Assembly: GCA_041862515.1 (NCBI GenBank)
Contig: JBGVTJ010000317.1
Location: 1,890-65,889 of the forward strand
Source of the DNA: Thermodesulfobacteriota bacterium
Lineage (GTDB): Bacteria > Desulfobacterota > BSN033 > WVXP01 > G020346125
DNA: 64,000 nt
Reading direction: 5' to 3'
The notes below the pieces were generated by a model. The model saw nothing but the letters and a program-made list of their open reading frames with translations, was not told the origin of the DNA and searched no databases. Position numbers and translations under genes: made by a program. Below are positions 29,544 to 38,741 of this stretch, one piece after another. Position 1 is the stretch's first letter, and every line of letters begins with the position of its first letter.

Positions 29544-30270
29544 CTACTGAATACACAATTTCAACAGGGTAAATATCCCCAATATCAACGTGGAAACTCC
29601 GATATAGATCTTCATTTTGTGCGTCTGAATCCTGTTTACGCTCAATGCGCTCATCGGAATCGAGTAGATTCCTTCCAATACGAGGGGTCCTGCTAATGTC
29701 CAATTTATTCCACCATCCAATATTACATAGGTTGCCAATCGCACCATACAGGTCAAACCTCGAGCCAGAGAAGTTATGCCGACGGCATTATTTCCCTTGA
29801 TACCAGAAAGGAGTTGACCTCCTGTAACAACAGGCCCATATTCCCCACCGCTTATGCCTTTGTTGAATGCGGCAACAGAACCGAGAATGAAAATCTTTTT
29901 CCAGGAGAATGGATAATTCTTGTTGAGGGTTATCAAAATCACCCCCCTAGATAAGACCAATAGGCTAATGTATATCTTGAGGGCCCAAGATGGAAGCCTT
30001 ATGGCTACAGCCACTGCTAACAGTGAACCCACTATGCTACATATAGCAAGAGAAATTGCTACCTTTGCGTGATTTGATCCTCGGGAAAAATCCACGTTTT
30101 CAACGTTATGGCGAAAGAATCCCGCCATTACCCCTGTAACGAGTTCAGAAATGAGAATGCATGGGACGACCTGGAGGGGGTTCAAAGCCTAGGATGAGAG
30201 GAACAGGGGTGAGTGTGGTCCCATATCCCATGCCTAATGTTGAATCGATATATTCACACAAAAAAGCCAT
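29544..30270 (-). pseudogene. TauE/SafE (TSUP, DUF81) family sulfite/anion exporter, frameshifted near a C5 homopolymer (or sequencing error)
   Basis: N-terminal 31 aa MAFLCEYIDSTLGMGYGTTLTPVPLILGFEP in one frame from ATG at 30270; remainder (213-aa ORF 29544..30185, ...LQVVPCILISELVTGVMAGFF...) in another frame; shift lies within ~40 nt containing CCCCC (30176..30180 on +). Confidence 0.65.
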
Positions 30271-30440
30271 ACAAAGAATAAGATACCAATGAGGAACAAA
30301 AAAGGCCGAGCAGGGACCTGATGGGTAATCCCTTCAATGGTTATTGGAATGATGAGAAGGAATCCTATCGATGAAATGAGGGTACTGACCAAGCGGTCAT
30401 GGCACGTTTCATTGTTTCACCTCCAGTGACGCATTAGATT

Positions 30441-30471
30441 ACACTCTGATAACACTCCTATGAGAGTGTTA
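30441..30471. promoter_or_regulatory. candidate operator: three ACACTC half-sites including perfect palindrome TAACACTC-N6-GAGTGTTA
   Basis: ttACACTCtgaTAACACTCctatgaGAGTGTTAcac; ~180 nt upstream of TauE start, downstream of acs. Confidence 0.4.
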
Positions 30472-30877
30472 CACAATTTAGCTTTGTCAAGAAAAAATTT
30501 TAGCATTTGCTAGATTTTGGACGATATCGTTGTCGGCGAGTGTAATGTCTGTGAGAAATAGGATATCCATTCAGGGTGAACAACGAGGGTAAGGCAATCA
30601 GTTAGCAAGGGTCGCACACTGAGGTGCGGTGTGCGTTACACACGGAAGAAACTGAAAGGGGGAGGTACTCAGTGCCTGCGAAAACCCAGAGGGTCACCGT
30701 TGAAGCACTGAAACGGAGGGACTATCATCCTTTGAGATACCGCTGCAGCCGGATGGCAGGCAGGATTCTCATAGAGCGAGGCCAAGGGCTGCAGTGTTGG
30801 AATAAAACGGACCGGCTGTTCCCGGAGAACCGTGCCATTGATAGAAAGGGCGGGATAAAACCGACCGCCTGCACTTC

Positions 30878-32857
30878 TCATTGCCTTCCTGAGATAAGGA
30901 CCTCTACAACGGATGGATCGGCCAGGGTGGAAGTATCGCCCAAATTGTCGATATCCCCCTCGGCTATCTTTCGCAAGATTCTCCTCATGATCTTTCCGCT
31001 TCGAGTCTTGGGCAGGGCATCTGCAAAATGGATCTTATCCGGTGTGGCAATGGGACCAATTTCCTTACGGACATGGCCTACCAAGGTTTTCTTTAAATTT
31101 TCCGCTTTTTCAACACCGGATTTCAGCGTCACAAAGGCATAAATCCCTTGCCCCTTGATATCATGGGCAAACCCCACGACAGCCGCTTCGGCTACGAATG
31201 AATGGGAGACGAGGGCACTTTCGATCTCCGCCGTACCGAGGCGATGTCCCGACACGTTGATGACGTCGTCCACCCTTCCCATTAACCAGAAATAGCCATC
31301 CTCATCCCTTCGCGCTCCATCTCCCGTGAAGTACATCCCCGGAAATTGGGAAAAATAGGTTTCCCTGAATCTCTCTGGATCGCCATAGACGGTCCGCATA
31401 ATCCCCGGCCACGGTTTGCGAACGCAGAGATAGCCCCCTTCATTGATGCGAGATTCCGATCCATCCTCCCGGACCACAACGGTATCAATACCGGGAAAGG
31501 GAAACGTTGCGGACCCTGGCTTGATGGGAATTGCACCAGGAAGAGGACTGATGATGCTTCCCCCCGTTTCCGTCTGCCAATAGGTATCCATGATAGGACA
31601 CCTCCCCCCCCCGATCACGTTGTAATACCACATCCAGGCCTCCGGGTTGATGGGCTCGCCGACCGTTCCCAGAATTCGGAGGCTGCTCAAATCCCTTTTC
31701 CGCGGCCAATCATCCCCTTCCCGCGCAAGGGCCCGGATGGCGGTAGGCGCCGTGTAGAAAATGTTTACCTTGTATTTTTCCACGATCTCCCAAAAGCGAT
31801 CGGGATTGGGATATGTGGGAACGCCCTCGAACATCACGCTCGTAGCCCCTAATGCTAAGGGACCATAGACGATATAGCTATGCCCGGTGACCCACCCAAT
31901 ATCGGCTGTGCACCAATAGGTGTCTTCATCCTTAACGTCGAAGATCCATTTCGTGGTCTGCAATGCGTAGAGGAGATACCCACCGGTGGTATGGAGCACC
32001 CCTTTTGGTTTACCGGTACTCCCGCTGGTATAGAGGATGAACAGTGGATCTTCGGCATCCATGTCCTCGGGCTCGCAGTGTGGCTTGATATCTTCAGCAG
32101 CCATCTCTTCCTCCCACCAGCTATCCCTTTCCTTTTCCATATTGACATCGATACCTGATCGTTTGCATACGATACATGCTTCAACACTGGGACATTCCCG
32201 CAGGGCGATGTCCGCATTCTGCTTGAGGCCGATAACCTTCCCGCCGCGAAAGCTACCATCGGTGGTGACCAGGAGTTTGGCCCCGCAGTCCAATATTCGA
32301 TCCCTCAATGATTCGGCGCTGAAACCCCCGAAGACCACGCTATGGATCACCCCGATTCGAGCGCAAGCTAACATCGCGATGGGAAGTTCAGGGACCATGG
32401 GCATATACAGGGCAACTCTGTCACCCTTCTTAAGTCCCTTCTTCTTCAGAACATTGGCAAACTTACAGACCTCATGGTGGAGCTGCTGGTAGGTATAGAC
32501 CCTACTTTCCCCATTCCGTTCTCCTTCCCAAATGATCGCGGCTTTGTTCTTCCGCCAAGTCTGAAGATGTCGATCGAGGCAGTTGTAAGCGGCATTTAAC
32601 TTTCCCCCGCCAAACCACCGAATAACACCTTGCGAGAAATCCCCTCCCGCGACCTCGTTCCATTCCCTAAACCATTCCAATTGCCTCGCCTTCTCGGCCC
32701 AGAAGCCTTCAGGATCCTCGATGGACCTCTTATAGATCTCCCTGTATTCATCGAAAGTTTTCACATGAGCCTCTGCGGTGAGAGCCTTTGGAGGGTTAAA
32801 TACCCGGGTCTCGTCCATCACTGAATCAAATGCCTTCTTTTCCTGCGCCATAGCCAA
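30878..32857 (-). CDS. acs: acetyl-CoA synthetase (acetate--CoA ligase)
   Basis: 659 aa; AMP-binding motifs [11 protein letters not shown], canonical Acs N- and C-termini. Confidence 0.93.
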   Translation of the reverse strand: MAMAQEKKAFDSVMDETRVFNPPKALTAEAHVKTFDEYREIYKRSIEDPEGFWAEKARQLEWFREWNEVAGGDFSQGVIRWFGGGKLNAAYNCLDRHLQTWRKNKAAIIWEGERNGESRVYTYQQLHHEVCKFANVLKKKGLKKGDRVALYMPMVPELPIAMLACARIGVIHSVVFGGFSAESLRDRILDCGAKLLVTTDGSFRGGKVIGLKQNADIALRECPSVEACIVCKRSGIDVNMEKERDSWWEEEMAAEDIKPHCEPEDMDAEDPLFILYTSGSTGKPKGVLHTTGGYLLYALQTTKWIFDVKDEDTYWCTADIGWVTGHSYIVYGPLALGATSVMFEGVPTYPNPDRFWEIVEKYKVNIFYTAPTAIRALAREGDDWPRKRDLSSLRILGTVGEPINPEAWMWYYNVIGGGRCPIMDTYWQTETGGSIISPLPGAIPIKPGSATFPFPGIDTVVVREDGSESRINEGGYLCVRKPWPGIMRTVYGDPERFRETYFSQFPGMYFTGDGARRDEDGYFWLMGRVDDVINVSGHRLGTAEIESALVSHSFVAEAAVVGFAHDIKGQGIYAFVTLKSGVEKAENLKKTLVGHVRKEIGPIATPDKIHFADALPKTRSGKIMRRILRKIAEGDIDNLGDTSTLADPSVVEVLISGRQ

Positions 32858-33337
32858 AACCTCCTCTTCTCTGCTGCTATAAAAAGATTAAAATATACCA
32901 CACATTTCTTCCCTTTCAAGCTAATCATTCTGGAATTTTTGAGTTTTCCCAGTGGCTTTGTCGTATCGCCTCGGTGCCTTCGAGTTGACTCTTTTGAGTT
33001 CGAAAGCAGGAGAAAGTGTTAACTATAACTTAACAAATTTGTGCCGCGTTCTTCAAGAGTAAGTGCAGGAAAGCAGGGGCTTTTTCCATGAAAATATGGT
33101 TTGTTCTGTCCTCCATTTTTGCTCCAGGGTTTCGGCAGGGGACTGTAGAGAAGGGATGATCCTGAGATTTTCCGACTAGTGGGATCGGAGAGGGCTTCTC
33201 CTTTCGGAAAGAGCTCGCAAGGGAGAGAGCTACCGGAATTATTGAGTACTGGGTGACATATGATCGAAGAGGGGAACTCTGGATTCCAAAGGCCCCTTCT
33301 GGTAACGAATTTGGATATACCATTAATATCTGACTGG

Positions 33338-33667
33338 CTATTTCTTTTTCAATATCTCCTTCGCCCTGAACAATTGGAAGAGCTTGGAACTATATGGTTT
33401 TACCTTGGGAGTAAGGGTCCAGGGGCCTTTGAATTCTCTTCTTCGCTCCTCTCTCAGCGTTTCTGCCTGAGCTATCAGGGCTTCCTCTTTGTCACCGATG
33501 GTGACTATTCGAAGCTTTTTTTCGATATACTCTAGAATGGATACCACTAAGAGAGCCACTGCCCCTATAGAAACAACGATGGCCAAGACTGCCACGCCAA
33601 AGACGAGCAGAATGGTAAACGCCCACCAGAGTAAGTTCATGTGCTTGCTCCCTTTTAGGGTTCCCAA
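33338..33667 (-). CDS. small membrane protein (2 TM) with conserved C-terminal GPWxLT...PYSS...F.L.RAK tail motif
   Basis: 109-aa ORF (probable start MNLLWWAF at 33640); tail REFKGPWTLTPKVKPYSSKLFQLFRAKEILKKK matches C-terminus of cytochrome 19157..21307. Confidence 0.6.
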   Translation of the reverse strand: MGTLKGSKHMNLLWWAFTILLVFGVAVLAIVVSIGAVALLVVSILEYIEKKLRIVTIGDKEEALIAQAETLREERRREFKGPWTLTPKVKPYSSKLFQLFRAKEILKKK

Positions 33668-33743
33668 CTGAACCTATACGTTTTGACCGAAAATAGGTCT
33701 TAATCTTCTTGTTTCCCCAGGAACTGTATGATGGGAAACCGAA

Positions 33744-34400
33744 CTATTTGAACCTCTTCTCGCCACAGCGTATAGCCGTATCCAAGGTATTCTCGTCATT
33801 TGCATAGGGGCACGTGTACTTCGGGTTATAAGCACAATAAGGATTGGAGGCCTTATTGAAATCGATAATAACACGTTTCTCCCCTACACATTCCACCTCT
33901 AAATATCGCCCATTTTCATAGGTTTCCAAACCGTTGGTCTTATCCTTGAAGGGAAGAAAGAAATTGGGCCTCCCCAAGTGTCGGTAGATTGTGAGGACGA
34001 ATTCTCGACCGTCAATGCTAAATCTGAATTTTCCCTCTTTGACATATTTCCGAAAATTACCCTTGCTGGTGGGAAGGTTGATGTATTCGGTGCGGCCTTT
34101 GGGGTTCCTTTCGATCTCTCCCGTGAACACATATCGGAAATCTATGGGATAGTAGTCCAGTTTTTTGAAATCGATGATATCCTGAGCTCTCAGTGGGGAC
34201 TTGGGGTTTTCCTTAAAAAATCGGTCTTTTTCGACCCTCTCCTCCTCGATCTCTTTCTGCCTGGATTGGAGCAGATTTGAATCAAACTCCTCGGTTAAAG
34301 CCAGAACCTGAAGAGGGAGAATGAGATTTGTCCCTACCAAAAGGTATTTTATCCACTTTTTCCCGGTTCCTCCGCTTTTTTTCGGCTTTTTCAATACCAT
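33744..34400 (-). CDS. secreted DUF1684-like protein, paralogue A (family assignment tentative)
   Basis: 218 aa, signal peptide; shares RDRFFKE..SPL, YYPID, IPFRDKTNG, TYEGGRYL, DFNxAxNPxCxYN with 40846..41481. Confidence 0.7.
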   Translation of the reverse strand: MVLKKPKKSGGTGKKWIKYLLVGTNLILPLQVLALTEEFDSNLLQSRQKEIEEERVEKDRFFKENPKSPLRAQDIIDFKKLDYYPIDFRYVFTGEIERNPKGRTEYINLPTSKGNFRKYVKEGKFRFSIDGREFVLTIYRHLGRPNFFLPFKDKTNGLETYENGRYLEVECVGEKRVIIDFNKASNPYCAYNPKYTCPYANDENTLDTAIRCGEKRFK

Positions 34401-34504
34401 TCTTTGGCTTTATCAAGGGAAATTGGGTGGCTTTGTTGAAAAGGTGAGGGCATTTGGTATCACACTCGTGCCCACCGTGAACCGGTACGACGAATCTCAA
34501 ATCC

Positions 34505-34756
34505 TCAAATTTCCTTCCCAATCCGCGTAATCTTGATCCATAGAGTCTTGATAAGATAAGCGATGGCCATGGATAGCAAGCCAAAAATCATGATCGTCAC
34601 TGCCGCGCCATAGAGGAATTTCCCCAAATTTACGTTCCCGGTAAATAGTAACCCCTTGAGGTATATCGCTGCCGTAATGAGGATAAAAATGCAGAACCCC
34701 AGGAAGAGGCTATAGTAAATCCACCAGAAAAATGACCTCATATTCCTTCCATTCAT
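34505..34756 (-). CDS. hypothetical small 2-TM membrane protein
   Basis: 83-aa ORF between cytochrome and DUF1684-like gene, two hydrophobic helices. Confidence 0.45.
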   Translation of the reverse strand: MNGRNMRSFFWWIYYSLFLGFCIFILITAAIYLKGLLFTGNVNLGKFLYGAAVTIMIFGLLSMAIAYLIKTLWIKITRIGKEI

Positions 34757-34796
34757 CGTGACATCAAGTCATCGATATTGAAGCCTCATATCCAGG

Positions 34797-36947
34797 TTAT
34801 TCCTTCTTGCCCAGCATAGGTTCTATCTGATCTAGATTCTTCTTGGCAGCCTCGATCAGTTCCGCTGCATACTCCAGGTTATGGACCCCTTTACCCTCTC
34901 CCACCAGACTAATATTGTATTCGGCATCTCCGAACAATTTGGTAAAGGCGAAGGTGTGCTGTCCCCTTTTCTCCAATCTTTGGATATGTTCCTTTATCCT
35001 TTTCAGCTTTGAAGAGGTTCTCTTGAGCAATTCATCCGCCGTTGACTTCCAATCTTCGGCCATCTTCCCGTAACTTTCATCATGGCACTTGATGCAGGTG
35101 GCCCTGATGGCCTTGAAGGATTCCTTCTGTCCTTCAGCGATACTGCGGTGGCAATCCACGCATTCCACCACATCGACTTTGATGCTGGGTAGGTCTTCGA
35201 CACCGATGCCAGTTTTCCCGGAAAAAAGCCTTTTTACGCTCAGGTGACAATCCCCACACGCTACCTTTCCCGCCCCATCGCCATGGTGGCACTCAGCGCA
35301 ATTCTTCAAGTACGTTTTGCCATGGTTCTCCCTGGGGGAGTGACAGTTGCGGCATTGCAAATCCATCCCCATGTGGACATCATGGGGGAATTGGATCTCA
35401 TTGAAGGGAACGGTACGTCGCTCTAACCCCACGTGGCAAAGGCTTGTACACGTATATTCCGTTTTATACTCCTTGAGCTGATACCCGTCCTCGATGAGGG
35501 TCAGGGCCTTTTCCATATTATTGTTGGCATGGTTCAAGAGCTTCAGAGCGTATTCGATGTTGTGAACCCCCTTGCCCATGAGGGAAAACGTATAGTTGTA
35601 CCTGGCCTCGTTGATAAGATTTTGGGCTTTCTTGAAGCGTTGACCCTCCAGCCCCGCTTTACCCGCTTCGTATAGCTTCTTTTGAGCATTAAATATTCGG
35701 CTGTTGACCTCATTCTCCGCCTTAACTAGGAGCTCCTTCCAATGGAAGAGCATCTCGTCGTAACCCTCCCCATGACATCCCACGCAGGACTCGGCTAAGG
35801 CCCTTTCCGAATATTTTGTCGTATATAAAGCCGCCTTGCTCTCCTCTCGGGTTTTGTGGCATCCCACACAATCCACTCTGATGGTGAACATCTTGCTCGG
35901 TGAATCGGTGACACCGATCCCTCCGATTCCCGTGTACATCTCCTTAGGTCCCCTATGCATCTGTTCTATATGACAGTGATTACAACTCTCCGTAAACTTC
36001 GCCATGGTGGGCATTTCCCCGACTTCGTGTCTTATTTCGGTGTGACATCGATAGCATTCGATTTTGTGATCGGTGACGTGCATTCGATGGGTAAATTCCG
36101 ATGTATATTTCGTCGCGAGAAGATTGGGCTCATTATGGCACTCCAGGCACTTATTCTCAGGGACGTGGCCATCGCCTTTATTGTGGCCTACGTGGCACTC
36201 AAGACAGCTCACTCCCCGCTCGATGTATCGCTTGTGGTTGAAGCTTATCCCCTTGACCGAGAGTTCGCCCTTTGGCTGGATATGGCATGCACCACATTCC
36301 GCGCAGGAGAGGCAATCCTCTTCACCCAGAGTTCCTGCCTTATAGAAGTGACAGATGAAGCAGTCCGTTTCCGTAACGGTTAAATGAGCGCCTTGAACGA
36401 TTTGGGCGTGGCACGTAGTACAGCGCAGTTTCTTCCCCCTTCTCAACTCCTCCAGATGTTTTCCGTGGTCAAAGGCCACGTTCTTGAAGACCATTTTTTC
36501 CTTTAAATCCTCACTGCGGTGACATCCCTTCTGAAGACAGCTGGCGTCACTGATCTCCGCATGAGGCATAGTCGGCCCTTTGCCGGTGATAAACATGACC
36601 AGGGAAACCTGTCCATCCTTCCATTTTCCCTTCAAATGGTTGAAAAAGCCGGGTTCATAATGACATCCGGCACAGGGAACGAAGTTGTGGGTGGACGTCT
36701 TCCAGGAATCTACGTACACCTTCATGTTATGGCAGAGATTGCAGAAGGTAGGAGTTTCGGTGAATTTGTACATAGTCCCAGCCAGAAATATCAGGATGAA
36801 AAGACAGATGCCGAGGAACAGGGTGACCCCCTTCTTGTGTTCCTTCGTCCCCCGGTAGGTCTCCTTCCAAAAGGAGATCCAGAAGTTAGAGACGTATTTA
36901 AACAGATCACCTAAGGTCCTAAATCCACGTCTGATTAAGCTTCCCAT
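34797..36947 (-). CDS. NapC/NirT-family membrane-anchored multihaem cytochrome c (~17-18 haem motifs)
   Basis: 716 aa; N-terminal TM then CNLCHNMKVY (NapC/NirT signature), ~16 CxxCH plus CX4CH (CLQKGCH) and CX3CH (CTSLCH) motifs. Confidence 0.85.
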   Translation of the reverse strand: MGSLIRRGFRTLGDLFKYVSNFWISFWKETYRGTKEHKKGVTLFLGICLFILIFLAGTMYKFTETPTFCNLCHNMKVYVDSWKTSTHNFVPCAGCHYEPGFFNHLKGKWKDGQVSLVMFITGKGPTMPHAEISDASCLQKGCHRSEDLKEKMVFKNVAFDHGKHLEELRRGKKLRCTTCHAQIVQGAHLTVTETDCFICHFYKAGTLGEEDCLSCAECGACHIQPKGELSVKGISFNHKRYIERGVSCLECHVGHNKGDGHVPENKCLECHNEPNLLATKYTSEFTHRMHVTDHKIECYRCHTEIRHEVGEMPTMAKFTESCNHCHIEQMHRGPKEMYTGIGGIGVTDSPSKMFTIRVDCVGCHKTREESKAALYTTKYSERALAESCVGCHGEGYDEMLFHWKELLVKAENEVNSRIFNAQKKLYEAGKAGLEGQRFKKAQNLINEARYNYTFSLMGKGVHNIEYALKLLNHANNNMEKALTLIEDGYQLKEYKTEYTCTSLCHVGLERRTVPFNEIQFPHDVHMGMDLQCRNCHSPRENHGKTYLKNCAECHHGDGAGKVACGDCHLSVKRLFSGKTGIGVEDLPSIKVDVVECVDCHRSIAEGQKESFKAIRATCIKCHDESYGKMAEDWKSTADELLKRTSSKLKRIKEHIQRLEKRGQHTFAFTKLFGDAEYNISLVGEGKGVHNLEYAAELIEAAKKNLDQIEPMLGKKE

Positions 36948-37124
36948 AGTCCCCTCTTATGTTAGTGAAGATGAATCAAATTCCTCCTATCCAGAATTTT
37001 CCTGGGTTTCAATCCCCCATGATTTATCTTGACCGGATCGTTAAGATAATGTAGTTAACTACATTTGTCAACGGATTTTTCCGAATTCTTTCGTCTATGT
37101 GGAGCGTTTGGTGAGGTGTAGGAG

Positions 37125-38732
37125 ATGGAACTGAAATTCGTCGTGTGGCCGTTGGTGGGCTCATTTTTCCTTTTGACTATTGGTTCCCACGCCGCAAAAG
37201 GGGCTCAGCAAAGGCGTGATTTGACCATTGTTTACACCAACGATGTCCTCGGCGAAATTGAGCCCTGTGGATGATTTAAAAACCCCCTTGGCGGTGTCGC
37301 CAAGAAGGCAACGATAATCAAGGGGATGAAGGAGGAGGGGAGAAACCTCCTAGTGGTTGACGCCGGGAATATGCTCTTTCGAAAGCCCCCAACTTCTCAA
37401 GAGCGGAGAAAAGAAGCCCTGTTGAAGGTTAACGTCCTCCTCAGAGCGTATGAAGAGATGGGCTATTCCGCCGTCAACATAGGGGAGAAGGATTTAACCT
37501 TGGGCCTTGGATTCTTGGGTGAGGTAGCGAGAAGAACGAAGTTCCCCTTCATTTCAGCAAACTTGATCGACAAAAAAAGTCGAAAGACCGTTTTCAGGCC
37601 CTTTATAACGGAGGAGATCGCGGGAATAAAGGTCGGCGTAATCGGGTTGATGGGCCGTTGGGTCAATGAGGTGCTTAAGGAAAAAGAGCCATATTTGGAG
37701 GTTCTGGATCCCCTTGACGCGGGTAAACCCTATGTGACGGAGTTACGGAAAACCTGTGACCTCGTCAGCGTGCTATCCCAACTAGGGGAGCGGGGCGATA
37801 GGGAATTAGCCTTGAAGGTCCCTGGCATCGATATTATCGTCGGGGGGAAGCGGGGTAAGAGGATTAGGTATTCGAAGATCAGAGAGACCCTCATGTACCG
37901 CCTGGAACCCCGTGGGGGGTATTTGGGGAAGCTGGATTTATCTCTGGCCCGAAAAGGCAAGCCGCTAAACCTAACCGATTATGAACAAAGGGAGCGCATT
38001 GTTAAGAAAATGGAGACCATCCAGAAGCGATGGATGGAAATAAAGAGCGAAATAGAAGGGGACAGCGGAAAATCTCCCTCCAAGAGGGAGGTGAGAGTGA
38101 AGGAACTGGCTATCCTGGAAAGAAGGGGAATGGAACTCCAACTGCGCCTAGTGGACTTCGACCAGAGGAATCTCTATAAGAATGAGGTCATCCCCATCAA
38201 GTTGGCCATCCCAGATGATCCGGTTATCGGCGAGATGATTGATGGATACGGGATAGAGGTGGCAAAGCTCTATGGAATTGAGCGAACCCTTGAGAGAGGC
38301 CCGGGAAAACCCCCATCCGATGCTCAAATTTTGGCCGGCATCTCGAAGAGCAGTTCTTACCAGGGGGCGATCTCGTGTAAAAAATGCCACAGACGAAATT
38401 TCGAAGCCTGGTCCACTACCGAACATGCCAAAGCGACCCAGACGATATCTGAGGCTTTCAAAAAGGGGCGGCCGTTGGAGGATTGTCTCATCTGCCATAC
38501 GACCGGTTATGGGGATATCAGGGAATATCGGTTTGTACAAGAGGTTCCCCTTTATCTTCGGGGGGTACAGTGCGAGGCTTGCCACGGGGTGGGAAAAGGG
38601 CACCCGGGGTTTGGAGCCAAATTCAGGAGGGTCACCTTAGGGGTCTGCCGCAACTGCCATACGAAGGATCAATCTCCTGCCTTTCACTACAAGAGCTATC
38701 TGCTCCGAATCGGCTGCACCATTCGGAAATGA
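37125..38732 (+). CDS. candidate selenoprotein: signal peptide + degenerate metallophosphatase/5'-nucleotidase-like domain with Cys-Gly-Sec (TGA at 37272..37274) + C-terminal tetrahaem cytochrome c
   Basis: ATG 37125 with AGGAG RBS; MELKFVVWPLVGSFFLLTIGSHAAKG...LTIVYTNDVLGEIEPCG-TGA-FKNPLGGVAKKATIIKG... continuous in the same frame into the 37326..38732 ORF; SECIS-like hairpin 12 nt after TGA; CKKCH, CLICH, CEACH, CRNCH at C-terminus. Confidence 0.6.
37287..37304 (+). ncRNA. SECIS-like stem-loop (CUUGGCG-GUGU-CGCCAAG) 12 nt downstream of in-frame UGA
   Basis: Perfect 7-bp stem, GU-containing tetraloop, spacing similar to E. coli fdhF SECIS (~11 nt). Confidence 0.5.
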
Positions 38733-38741
38733 TCCTACCGT

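Noticed and set aside
30624-31142. 172-aa + strand ORF overlapping the 3' end of acs
   Set aside because: Runs antisense to the conserved Acs C-terminus. The region downstream of acs is better explained as 3' UTR/terminator (GGCGG...CCGCC hairpin followed by a T-rich tract on the minus strand).
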